From positions 66,588,001 to 66,652,000 of the forward strand of contig NW_027361687.1 of the NCBI RefSeq assembly GCF_039654945.1: a stretch of 64,000 nt of DNA, given 5' to 3'. Below are positions 50,135-61,038 of this stretch, in pieces (position 1 is the stretch's first letter; each line of letters starts with the position of its first letter). The position numbers and the translations under genes were made by a program. The notes under the pieces are model-generated. The model was not told where the DNA came from. It saw only the letters and a program-made list of their open reading frames with translations, and searched no databases. This DNA is from Dendrobates tinctorius (lineage: Eukaryota).

Positions 50135-51726
50135 GGCTACGTTCACACATCGCGTTTTTTTCGCGTTTTCGCGGTGGTTATAAACAGGCGATTTTGCCGC
50201 GAAAACGCAAAAAATAAGCATCCCATGCATTCCTATGGGATTCCGCAATGCTGTGCTAATGCTGCGTTTTTTGCGCAGCGGAATCGCTTCGCGGTAAAAT
50301 ACGCAGCATGCTCATTAATTTAGCGGAATCGCGGCGATCCCGCACCCATAGGAATGCATTGTTCTGCTTACTTTCCGCATGTGGCTATGCACACCATGCG
50401 AAAAGCAAGCAGAACATTTGTGGATGGTACCCACAATCTGGAGGAGGGGAGACTCTCCTCGGGGCTGTGGGTACCATATCTCTGTAAAAAATAGAATTAG
50501 AATAAAAAATATTGTTATTCTTACCTTCCGGCATCCCGCGCAGCCTTCCCGCCTTTCTCCACGCTCCCGGTCTCAGTAATCCTTTGTGAGAATGACCGCG
50601 ATGACGTCACGATCTCGCGGGAGCACGACGTCTTGCGGTCATTTGCAATGACGTTGCGGAAGCGCGAAGTCTCGCGGTCATTCGCGCAAAGTATTACTGG
50701 GACCGGGAGCATGGAGAGAGGCGGGAAGGCTGCGCGGGACGCCGGAAGGTAAGAATAACAATATTTTTTATTTTAATTATTTTTTACATCCTATCTTTTA
50801 CTACTGATGCTGTATAGGCAGCATCAGTAGTAAAAAGTTGGACACACTCGTCAAACACTGACGAGAGTGACCAATGTCAGGATCCTGTCAGTGCCGGCGT
50901 GCAGCCCTCTGCTGAGCAGGGACTCGCCCACACTGTAGGGGGTCTCGGGGTCAGGTACAGCCGGAAAGTACAGATACACAGGACCTGTGGACGCTGAAGT
51001 TTAGCAAGCAGTCACAGGACCTACGGTCCTGTGACTGCAAGGGGGCGGGGCTTAGCGTCCTGCTTTCAGAGATGGCATGACACTATACAGAAATACTCAG
51101 AGTCAGGCAAAACGGAGGTCATACACAGATATCAGTAAAGTACCAGGGATGAGACAGAACGGATAGTCAGGGCCAAGCAGAAATCAAAACCAAACAGACA
51201 TAGAAGGTACCAAGCAGAATCCAAAGCAATATCCAGAGAACAGACCGAGTCGTACACAGAGAATCAAGCAACTAGAACACAGCACAAACACACTCAGGGG
51301 TCACCACACAATGCCAAGGGCGAAAGTATAACTGACGGGGATGGGAGCTTCCTGAGGCTATAAGAAGCCTCTCCCAGAACCAGGGAGAGGCCACAATCAT
51401 AGCCCCAGGTGTGCAGGTAAGCCTGCACTGGGATCACAACCTTTAACCCCAGAAATGCCAGTCATCAGCACTGGTTCCAGACATTAACCCCATGTGTGCG
51501 AGTCAGACCCACACTGAGATCATGACAACCAACCTGTCAATCAGTTCTCCAAGCGATGCTACAGATCGCTTGGAAAACGCTAGCATTCTGCAAGCTAATT
51601 ACGCTTGCAAGACGCTAGTTTTTCAGCAGGAAAATCACGGGAATTTTAATGCGATTTTCCCGCGGAATGGAATCCGGAATTCTCATGGTAATTTCCACGA
51701 GAGTTCCGCTATGTGTGCACATAGCC
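50135..51726. mobile_element. PIF/Harbinger-type MITE with an internal ~285-bp palindrome
   Basis: TIRs GGCTACGTTCACACAT / ATGTGTGCACATAGCC; 3-bp TTA TSD at 50132-50134 and 51727-51729; palindrome at about 50490-50775. Confidence 0.88.
50875..51527. mobile_element. Solo LTR inside the MITE
   Basis: TGTCAGGATC...GATCATGACA termini; 5-bp TSD ACCAA at 50870-50874 and 51528-51532. Confidence 0.87.
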
Positions 51727-52557
51727 TTATTCCATGTGATAATTTGACCGGATTCAGTCATTTTTATCACGGATAAATTTATCCCTCTTTGCTTTATCTC
51801 TGTCTGTAAAACAACCAATTTACTGTCCAGTTTTTTATTTAGAATTGACCATTGATTTTCTGTTAGTCTCGTTTTTAGTTCCTCTTTCATATTACTTAAT
51901 TCTACTTTAACTTTATCATAATTTTCTTTATTTTGTTGTAGAACCAAATTTAACAAATCTTGAGAGCATGTCAGCAGAATTTTAACATTGTGTGTTAGAT
52001 TTAGAGAGCATTTCAGTCTATCTCCACAGGAAAAGGGGTCCCTCGTCTGATAGAGCATGTTAAAAAAGTGCATGGGGGTAATACAGAGTCGCTGCGGTTC
52101 GCAAGGTGTAGAAAAAGTATCACAGACAACCCAAGGGGGACACCATCATAGAATTCTCTTACAAAGAGAATCTAAGTGGATTCTACGAACGAATGCCACA
52201 GGGTTAAATGAAAACATAGATATGGCGGAGATTTTGTAGGAACTGTTCAGTGTTTGTATATCCATATTTTATTATGATAGAGGTTTTCTAACTTGTGTTT
52301 TTAATTCTGTGTTTGATTAATTTGTTTATGTTTCACTCCATTGGGGGAGTATGAGTTGGAAATCAGGAGGTGTGTCCACATGTGTGTGCTTCTAAATTTC
52401 CACCTGCCTGCATTCCAGCCTCAGGACAAGCGCAAGTGCGTGAAATGGCCGTCCACTCTCTGTACGTTCCTCCTGTGCCAATGCCTTTTAATCAATAAAG
52501 AATTTTCACGACAGAACGGTGAGTGCCATCACTTTTTTTTCTCTTTTGCACATAATC

Positions 52558-52622
52558 GAGGTACGGATTAGTGCAGAGGTTAGTCGAAAGTCGTTTGCAG
52601 AGCGCAGCCGTCGGTTAGGAAG
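52558..52622 (-). mobile_element. L2 fragment, right part
   Basis: Minus strand PNRRLRSANDFRLTSALIRTS continues directly into the left fragment across the PLE TSD. Confidence 0.75.
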
Positions 52623-54984
52623 GCAAAAATTGCACTCCGGTACCAAGCTAAAATGCCCAGGTGGGGCGAGCCTGGTCATAAGCAAAAAGCCAAAAAATGC
52701 ACCCTGGTAGCAAGCTAAAAAGTCCAAGATGGGTGCACCGGTGGAAGGCAAGAGGCCAAACGGCACGCCCAAGTGGCTGAATAAAAAACCAATGGGTGCC
52801 CTGGTGGTAAGCAAACAGGCCAGAGAGCACACTGGTGTCAGGCTGAAAATTCCAAAATGGGCGCCTCAGTGGTAAGCAAAACTGCCAAGTATTGGGCCCT
52901 TCTGGCGGGCCAATGGGAGATGGTGTGCTCTGGTAGCACGCCAACGGGAAAGAGTTTGCTCTGGTGGCACATCTGGAAAAGGGTGCGCTCCGGTGGCCCG
53001 ACAACGGGAATAGGGTATGCTTCGGTGGCACACCAACGGGTAAAGGGTGTGCTTCGGTGGCACGCCAATGGGAAAAGCGTGTGCACCGGTGGCACGCCAA
53101 CGGGGAAAGGATGTGCTTCGGTGGCATGTCAATGGGAAAAGGATCTGCTTCGGTTGCATGCTGACGGGAAAAGGGTGTGCTCCTGTGGCACGCCAACGGG
53201 GAAAGGATGTGCTTCGGTGACACGTCAACAGGAAAAGGATGTGCTCCGGTGGCACGCCAAGGGGAAAAGGATGTGCTCCGGTGGCACGCCAACGGGGAAA
53301 AGATGTGCTTTGGTGGCACGTCAACGGGAAAAGGATGTGCTCCGGTGGCACGCAAACGGGAAAAGGGTGTGCTCCGGTTGAACGCCAACGGGGAAAGGAT
53401 GTGCTTCGATGGCACGTCAACGGGAAAAGGATGTGCTCCGGTGGCACGTCAATGGGAAAAGGATGTGCTCCAGTGGCATGTCAACGGGAAAAGGGTGTGT
53501 TCCGGTGGCACGCCAATGGCCAAAGAGTGCACCTTGGAGGCAGGATAAAAAGTCCAAGATGGGTACCCCGGTGGTACATAAAAAGTTCCCCCCAGTAGCA
53601 AACTAAAAATCCCAGGATGAACGGCACCAGTTGTAGGCAAAAAGGCCAAACAGTCATCCCGGTGGCGGAATAAAAAGCCCAAGTTGGGTGCTCCAATGGA
53701 AGGCAAAAATTGCACTCCGGTACCAAGCTAAAATGCCCAGGTGGGGCGAGCCTGGTCGTAAGCAAAAAGGGCAAAGAATTCTCCCTGGTAGCAAGCTAAA
53801 AAGTCCAAGATGGGTGCACCTGTGGAAGGCAAGAGGCCAAACGGCATGGCCCGGTGTCATAATAAAAAGCCCAAGATGGGTGCCCTGGTGGTAAGCAAAC
53901 AGGCCAGAGAACACCCCGGTGTCAGGTTGAAAATTTCAAAATGGGCGCTTCGGTGGTAAGCAAAACTGCCAGGTATTGGACCCTTCTGGCGAGCCAATGG
54001 GAGATGGTGTGCTCCGATAGCACTCCAACGGGAAAAGGGTGTGTTCCAGTGGCACGCCAATGGCCAAAGAGTGCACCTTGGAGGCAGGATAAAAAGTCTA
54101 AGATGGGTACCCCAGTGGTATGTAAAAAGTGCATGCCCCGGTGGCAGAATAAAAAGCCCAAGATTGGTGCCCCGGTGGTAGGCAAACAGGCCAGAGAACA
54201 CCCCGGTGTCAGGCTGAAAAGCCCAAGATGGACGGCTCTGGTGGTAAGCAAAAATGCCAATTATTGAGCCCTTCTGGCAGGTCAACGAGACATGGTGTGC
54301 TTCAGTAGCACGCCAACAGGAAAGAGTGCTCTGGAATAAATAGCCCAAGATTGGCTTCCTGGTGGTAGGCAAAAATGCCAGAGAACACTACGGTGTCAGC
54401 CTAAAAAGCCCAAGATCGGCCTCCCCTATCGTAAGTAAAACAGTCAGAGACTGAACTCAGGTTGCAGATTAAAAAGCCCAAGATGGGTGCCCTGGTGATG
54501 GGCAAAAAGTGCACTCTGGTAGCAAGCTAAAAATCCCAGGATGGACGGCACCAGTGGTAGGAAAAAAGGCCAAACAGTCATCCCGGTTGCAGAATAAAAA
54601 GCCCAAGTTGGGTGCCCCGGTGGAAGGCAAAAATTGTACCCTGGTAACTTGCTAAAACGCCCAGGAGGGGGGAGCCTGGTCGTAAGCAAAAAGGCCATAA
54701 AATGCACCCTGGTAGAATGCTAATAAGCCCAAGATGGGTGCACAAATGGAAGGCAAGAGGCCAAATGGCACACCCCGGTGGCAGAATATAAAGCCAAAGA
54801 ATGGTGCCACGGTGGTAGGAAAACAGACCAGAGAGCACCCCGTTGTCAGGCTGAAAAGTCCAAGATGGGCGGCTCCGGTGGTAAGCAAAAAATCTAAGTA
54901 TTGGGCCCTTCTGGCGGGCCAACACGAGATGTGTGCTCCGGTAGCACGCCAACTGGAAAGAGTGTGCTCCAGTGGCACAACAAC
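52618..54984. repeat. Two-tier tandem array, block 3 (array edge; cassette-rich and more diverged)
   Basis: Same units; about 53520-54930 is mostly cassette-type subunits; the array ends at about 54984. Confidence 0.92.
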
Positions 54985-55162
54985 AGTACTGGCAATCAGA
55001 TCACCTCTTTACACCGTTAGCTGCTACTGCTCAAGCGTCATTTTCAAATGGATTTTTTTCTTGGGGGGGATATCAGGAAACATTAATTATATACCCAGTA
55101 CATATGCGATTATACTGCAGCGCAGATGTCACAGCTGGTATTTTAATCAGTATAATAGCGCC

Positions 55163-56076
55163 TGTTATGAATGAGTCACCGAGGAGGAAAAACAAAAACA
55201 TGCTAAGCCACAGAAAACCAGAGAGGTTGGTAACTAAGCGGATTGCAGACCCCTGATCCTATCCACACAACTAGCAGTGGCCGTGGAGCGTACCTACGAT
55301 GATCCTAGACACCTCGTCACAGCCGGAGAACTAAATAAGCCTAAAGCAAGAAAAGGGGAAATCTAAACTGCCCCAGAGCAGACTCCAAAGCAATAGACAG
55401 CCCCCAAACATGTATTGTCGGTGAGACAAGTTGAAAACACAAACACAGATAGAAAAATAGGCTGAGCAAATGATGGGGCCCACACTAACTAGAAAGGACA
55501 GGAAAGGAAAGATGCTGTCTGCAATCATGCACAAAACCCTGCCAAAAAATGTCCAACATTTTCTGATAGCAAAAACCCTGAAGTCGCTAGACTTCTATTC
55601 CTTATATCAGCACTTTGGTATATTCTGAAGACAGCAAAAAGAGACCAATCTGATCAGGGACAAAAAGCAAACTGGCATAAACAGAGACATAAGAATGGAA
55701 ATTCAGCACAGCCCCAGCAAGGGCTGGCTGACCACAAAAAACTGAGTAAACCAGACCAAATCTCATGTGAAAAAATAGCAGAGCACACTTAGCTTGAGAA
55801 GGCAGGAACAGAACTGGAAACCAGAACCTCAGGGCAGGAAAAATCACCAGCACAAAATTAGGGAGTCGGCTGTCTTAAATCCAGTCAGAGACTCCTGATG
55901 TCCACTCACAGTCCTCCTCCTCAGGTGGCAGGTCTCTGCCATTTAGATCAGATTCATTACCTACTGTCACCACTAGAGGGAGCCCGGATGGAGAACTCAC
56001 GACTCCTCTGTCAACACAGCCAGCTCCACCACCCTCACCAGAAGCCAGAGGTTAACCAGAAAATGAGTTCACAACA
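55163..56076 (-). mobile_element. Solo LTR (Gypsy-like)
   Basis: TGTTATGAA...TTCACAACA termini; AGCGCC duplicated at 55157-55162 and 56077-56082. Confidence 0.85.
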
Positions 56077-56299
56077 AGCGCCAACCTGACACAGTAGGTT
56101 TCTGTGCACAATCCTGCCGACAGGTTCACTGTAAGTTAAGAGGAATTTATCAATATTCGTGTTTGAATGGTTTCTGGTTTAATGAAGGAGAATCTTCCAG
56201 AGAGGTAAATATAAGCGGTAAGCAGTTCAAAGGAAGGAAATTATGTTTTAGGGATTATTTAAATTTTTAATCCCGCTCTAAAATTACATATTATAATAT

Positions 56300-56575
56300 A
56301 GCACATATAATTAATGTGATAGCCTGAAATTTCAGGGACTTGGGGGAAGTGGTCAAGAGATATGTGTTTCTTGAATCCAACAATTTCAGCCTGGTATTAT
56401 TTGTCTTTCCAAAACTCATGACTTGTGAGAGACTCATATTTGTAAGGAGATAGTGGGTGGGTCCAGAGTACCATTCAGTTTTTTTCTACTCGGTTCCATT
56501 TATCTGTTCCTCCTCTAACAGATACTGATGGAAGATTTATATGTCTTGCTGGTATAGAGGAAAGAAACTTATGGG
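56300..56575 (+). pseudogene. Highly decayed L1 endonuclease N-terminal fragment
   Basis: PGIICLSKTH resembles the I.CLQETH motif; weak flanking similarity only. Confidence 0.35.
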
Positions 56576-57059
56576 TATTAACCCCTTCATGACCCAGCCT
56601 ATTTTGACCTTAATGACCTGGCCATTTTTGGCAATTCTGACCAGTGTCCCTTTATGAGGTGATAACTCAGGAACGCTTCAACGGATCCTAGCGATTCTGA
56701 TTGTTTTTTCATGACATATTGGGCTTCATGTTAGTGGTAAACTTAGGTCGATAATGTTTGCATTTATTTGTGAAAAAAACGTAAATTTGGCGAAAATTGT
56801 GAAAATTTCGCAATTTTCACATTTTGAATTTTTATTCCGTTAAATCAGAGAGTTATGTGACACAAAATAGTTAATAAATAACATTTCCCACATGTCTACT
56901 TTACATCAGCACAATTTTGGAAACAACATTTTTTTTGTTAGGAAGTTATAAGGGTTAAAATTTGACCAGCGATTTCTCATTTTTACAACACAATTTACAA
57001 ATCCATTTTTTTTAGGGACCACCTCACATTTGAAGTCACTTTGAGGGGTCTATATGGCA

Positions 57060-58620
57060 GAAAATACCCAAAAGTGACACCAATCTAAAAACTGCACCCC
57101 TCAAGCTACTGAATACTACATTCAAGAAGATTATTAACCCTTCAGGTGCTTCACAGCAACTAAAGCAATGTGGAAGGAAAAAAATGGACATTTTAATTTT
57201 TCAAACAAAAATTTTCTTTTAGCATCAATTTTTTCATTTTCACATGGGTAACAGGATAAAATGGATCCTAAAATTTGTTTGGCAATTTCTCCTGAGTCCA
57301 CCGATACCTCATATGTGGTTATAAACTACTGTTTGGGCGCACGGCAGGGCCCGGAAGGGAAGGAGCACCATTTGATTTTTTGAATGGAAAATATGCTGGA
57401 ATATTTAGCGGTTGCCATGTCGAGTTTGGAGAGTCCCTGTGTGCCTAAACATTGGAGCTCCCCCACAAGTGACCCCATTTTGGAAACTAGACCCCCCAAG
57501 GAACTTATCTAGATGCATAGTGAGCACTTTGAACCCCCAGGTGCTTCACAAATTGATCCGTAAAAAAAAGGACTTTTTTCACAAAAATTTTCTTTTAGCC
57601 TCAGTTTTTTCATTTTCACATGGGCAACAGGATAAAATGGATCCTAAAATTTGTTGGGCAATTTCTTCTGAGTACACCAATACCTCATATGTGGTCATAA
57701 ACCACTGTTTGTGCGCATGGCAGGGCCCGGAATGGAAGGAGCACCATTTGACTTTTTGAATGGAAAATTAGCTCCAATCGTTAGCGGACACGATGTCGTG
57801 TTTGGAGAGCCCCTGTGTACCTAAACATTGGAGCTCCCCCACAAGTGACCCCATTTTGGAAACTAGACCCAACAAGGAACTTATCTAGATGTGTGGTGAG
57901 CTCTTTCAACCCACAAGTGCTTCACAGAAGTTTATAACGCAGAGCAGTGAAAATAAAAAATCTTTTTTTCCTCAAAAAGTGATTTTTTAGACTGCAATTT
58001 TTTATTTTCACAAGGGTAACAGGAGAAATTGGACCCCAAAAGCTGTTGTCCAGTTTGTCCTGAGTATGCTGGTACCCTATATTTGGGGGGGACCACTGTT
58101 TGGGCACACATCGGGGCTCGGAAGGGAAGTAGTGATGTTTTGAAATACAGACTTGATGGAATGGTCTGCAGGCGTCATGTTACGTTTGCAGAGCCTCTGA
58201 TGTGCCTAAACAATGGAAACCCCCCACAAGTGACCCCATTTTGGAAACTAGACCACCCAAGGAACTTATCTAGATGTGTGCTGAGCACTTTGAACCCCAA
58301 AGTGCTTCACAAGTTTATAACGCAGAGCCGTGAAAATAAAAAAATCATTTTTTTCACAAAAATCATTTTTTTTAGCCCCCAATTTTTTATTTTCCGAACG
58401 GTAACAGGAGAAATTAGACCCCCAAAGTTGTTGTGCAATTTTTCCTGAGTACGCTGATACCCCATATGTGGGGGTAAACCACTGTTTGTGCACACGTCGG
58501 GGCTCGGAATGGAGGGAGTGCTGTTTGACATTTTGAACGCAAAATTGGCTGGAATAAATCGTGGCGCCATGTCGCGTTCGGAGACCCCGTGATATGCCTA
58601 AACAGTCGAAACCCCTCAAT
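57060..58620. repeat. ~376-395-bp tandem repeat, about 4 copies
   Basis: GACCCCATTTTGGAAACTAGACC at 57471, 57847 and 58232; a diverged copy at 57076. Confidence 0.88.
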
Positions 58621-58898
58621 TCCAACTCTAACCCCAATACACCCCTAACTCTAACCCAACCCTAATCATAACCCTAACCACAACCCTAATCCCAACACAC
58701 CCCTAAACCTAATCCCAACTCTAACCCTAACCACAAGCCTTATCCTAATCCCACCCCTAACCCTAATCTTAACCCTAATTTCAGCCCTATCCCTAATTCC
58801 ACCACTAACCCTAATTCCAACCCTAATTATAACCCTAACCCTAGCTATAACCCTAGCTATAACCCTAATTCCAACCCTAACTCAAATTCTAACCCTAA
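58620..58898. repeat. Degenerate (CCCTAA)n telomere-like tract
   Basis: AACCCT and its variants in tandem. Confidence 0.85.
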
Positions 58899-59380
58899 AT
58901 GGAAAAAATATATAATTTTTTTATTTTATTATTTGTGCCTGGCTATGGGGGTGATAAACGGGGGGTGTATTTACTTTTTTTTTCATTTTGATCACTGTGA
59001 GAGTGTATCACAGTGATCAAAATTAACGGGCAGCTGGCAAATTCATGGGCGCCGCCATCTTGGACAATGGCAGGCGCACTGCGCATGCGCCCGCCATTTT
59101 GCAAGATGGTGGCGCCCATCATCCGGACGTCGACACCGGGAGTCACAGCGGGACACCGGGAGCCACGATTGGTGAAATATTACAAATCGCTTTGATTGGC
59201 TGTTTCACTTTTAACAGCCAATCAGCGATCGTAAGCACATGGGGGGCTAAGCCACGCCCCCTGGGATTAACCATAGAGTGTCCTCTGTGTGCGGGTCGGG
59301 TGACCTTTCAGTGATCCCGGTCACCCGACCCGCAGAAGGGCGATTTATAGCATGACGCCTACGTAGGCGCCATGGGTCGG

Positions 59381-60038
59381 TATACCTCCTCTCGAGAATT
59401 GAATGGCAGACCATCCGGATAAAATGAAAAACAAACCACTGGAAATAGGAGAGGAAAATCTGCAGTAACAGTGAAAAAAATAAAATAAAAATAAATAAAA
59501 TAATTAAAAAATAAAATACAATCAGATCATAAAATGAACACAATATTCAATGAGTGTGCATGATATAATAAGAGGGCACATAAACCACGAATACATATAA
59601 AACAAGGCCCCACTCTTATATACACATGAACAATTAGCCCAGTATAGGAAATATTAGAATTATCGTGGCCCATAAATTATAACAAAAAAGGCATAATTAA
59701 TAAAATCAGGCAAATAGCCACCAAGGCATTAAAAACAAGGTAATGAAATCAATTAATAATATCAATCTGGTGTCCAAGTAAAGTGCAAAGAGTGCTAAGT
59801 AATGTGTAACCAACCAAGGTGAAAAAAAAACAGTGCAACAATGGAGCAGAAATACCTGGATGCCGTAATAGGAGAACGCGGTGTGCCACAAGAACACGCC
59901 CCGATGCGCGTTTTGAAATTATGTATCCTTCGTCAGGGATATATATGTTCGCGGTTTATATGCCCTCTTATTATATCATGCACGCTCATTGATTATTGTG
60001 TTGTCTTTTTGTGCCATTAATTAATAAAGGCTATTTTA
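59381..60038 (-). mobile_element. PLE pLTR-like unit with a hammerhead relic, copy 1
   Basis: Direct duplicate of 61039-61716 with an internal deletion; hammerhead relic at 59899-59938; partial inverted arm. Confidence 0.6.
59899..59938 (-). ncRNA. Decayed minimal type I hammerhead ribozyme (second copy at 61582-61619)
   Basis: Minus strand CC-CTGACGA-AGGAtacataaTTTC-AAAA-CGCGCA-TC-GGGG. Two CpG-type G>A changes separate it from CGAAACGCGCGTC. Confidence 0.65.
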
Positions 60039-61024
60039 TACTGGGGGAAAAAGTGTGTGCGTGTCAAGCCCCGCCCCTCATTGTGATGTCACAATGCCCC
60101 TATTTGCATACTGGGGAAGCAGTGTGCGCGCCAAGCCCCGCCCCTCATTATGATGTCACAATGGTTGCCATGGCGACGCTGATGTCATCAAAGGTTGCAA
60201 GCCCCGCCGCCGCTCATTATGATGTCATAATGGTTGACTATGAGATGGAGGATGTGTGATGAGTATATGGGCACCGGACTATGGGATGGAGGATATGTAT
60301 GATGGGTATATGGGAACGGCACTATGGGATGGAGGATATGTATATGGGCACGGGACTATGGGATGGAGGATGTGTGATGGGTATATGGGCACTGGACTAT
60401 GGAATAGAGGATATGTTTGACGGGTATATGGGCACGGGACTATGGGATGGTGGATATGTATATGGGCACGGGATTATGGGATGGAGGATGTGTGATGGGT
60501 ATACGGGCACTGGACTATAGGATGGAGGATATGTATGACAGGTATATGGGCACGGGACTATGAGATGGCGGATATGTATGATGGGTATATGGGCACTCGA
60601 CTATGGGATGGAGGATATGTATGATGGGTATATGGGCACGGGACTATGAGATGAAGGAAGTGTGATGGGTATATGGGCACTCGACTATGGGATGGCGAAT
60701 ATGTATGATGGGTATATGGGCATGGGACTATGGGATGGAGAATATGTATGATGGGTATATGGGCATGGGACTATGGGATGGAGAATATGTATGATGGGTA
60801 TATGGGCATGGGACTATGGGATGGAGGATGTGTGATGGGTATATGGGCACTCGACTTTGGGATGGAGGATATGTATGATGGGTATATGGGCACGGGCCTA
60901 TGGGATCGTGGATATGTATGATGGGTATATGGGCACGGGACTATGGGATGGAGGATAATTATAATTTTCTATAACTAACCACAGTTAGTTACTATGCCCG
61001 GGCAGCGCCGGGCTCTTCAGCTAG
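60039..61024 (+). mobile_element. Non-autonomous Helitron 3' portion with a 43-bp minisatellite
   Basis: Hairpin GCCCGG-gcagcg-CCGGGC at 60996-61013, then CTAG at 61021-61024 followed by T. The 5' TC end was not identified. Confidence 0.75.
60236..60957. repeat. ~43-bp G-rich minisatellite
   Basis: GGGACTATGGGATGGAGGATATGTATGATGGGTATATGGGCAC, about 17 copies with length variants. Confidence 0.93.
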
Positions 61025-61038
61025 TATATCATAAAATG

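Larger units (their letters stand above)
49864..51985 (-). pseudogene. PLE upstream coiled-coil/basic ORF remnant, split by the MITE
   Basis: Removing 50135-51729 joins QIITWNK to GKALAGNNRSQKKR in frame. Confidence 0.65.
47010..52557 (-). mobile_element. Penelope-like element (Neptune-like) with an inverted copy of its 3' end
   Basis: 15-bp TSD GAGGTACGGATTAGT at 46995-47009 and 52558-52572. 51986-52557 is the reverse complement of 47153-47742. RT and GIY-YIG remnants are present. Confidence 0.92.
56582..59380. mobile_element. Non-autonomous piggyBac-like element (TTAA|CCCCTT end); other terminus truncated
   Basis: TTAACCCCTTCATGACC at 56578; internal ~380-bp tandem units; telomere-like tract; ends ...GCCATGGGTCGG without AAGGGGTTAA. 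Confidence 0.7.

Noticed and set aside
51615-52073. 152-aa ORF as a single gene
   Set aside because: It is a three-part chimera of the inverted PLE copy, the PLE upstream ORF and the MITE end.
1-54984. Hundreds of overlapping Cys/His/Trp-rich ORFs as real genes (e.g. zinc-finger or keratin-associated proteins)
   Set aside because: They arise in all six frames from a stop-free 32-bp unit; indels are frame-indifferent and there is no C2H2 spacing.
1-54984. NFI binding sites in TGGCACGCCAA
   Set aside because: Half-site spacing is 2 bp rather than the 5 bp of TTGGC(N5)GCCAA.
60281-60921. Gly/Met/Tyr-rich ORFs
   Set aside because: Translations of the 43-bp minisatellite.
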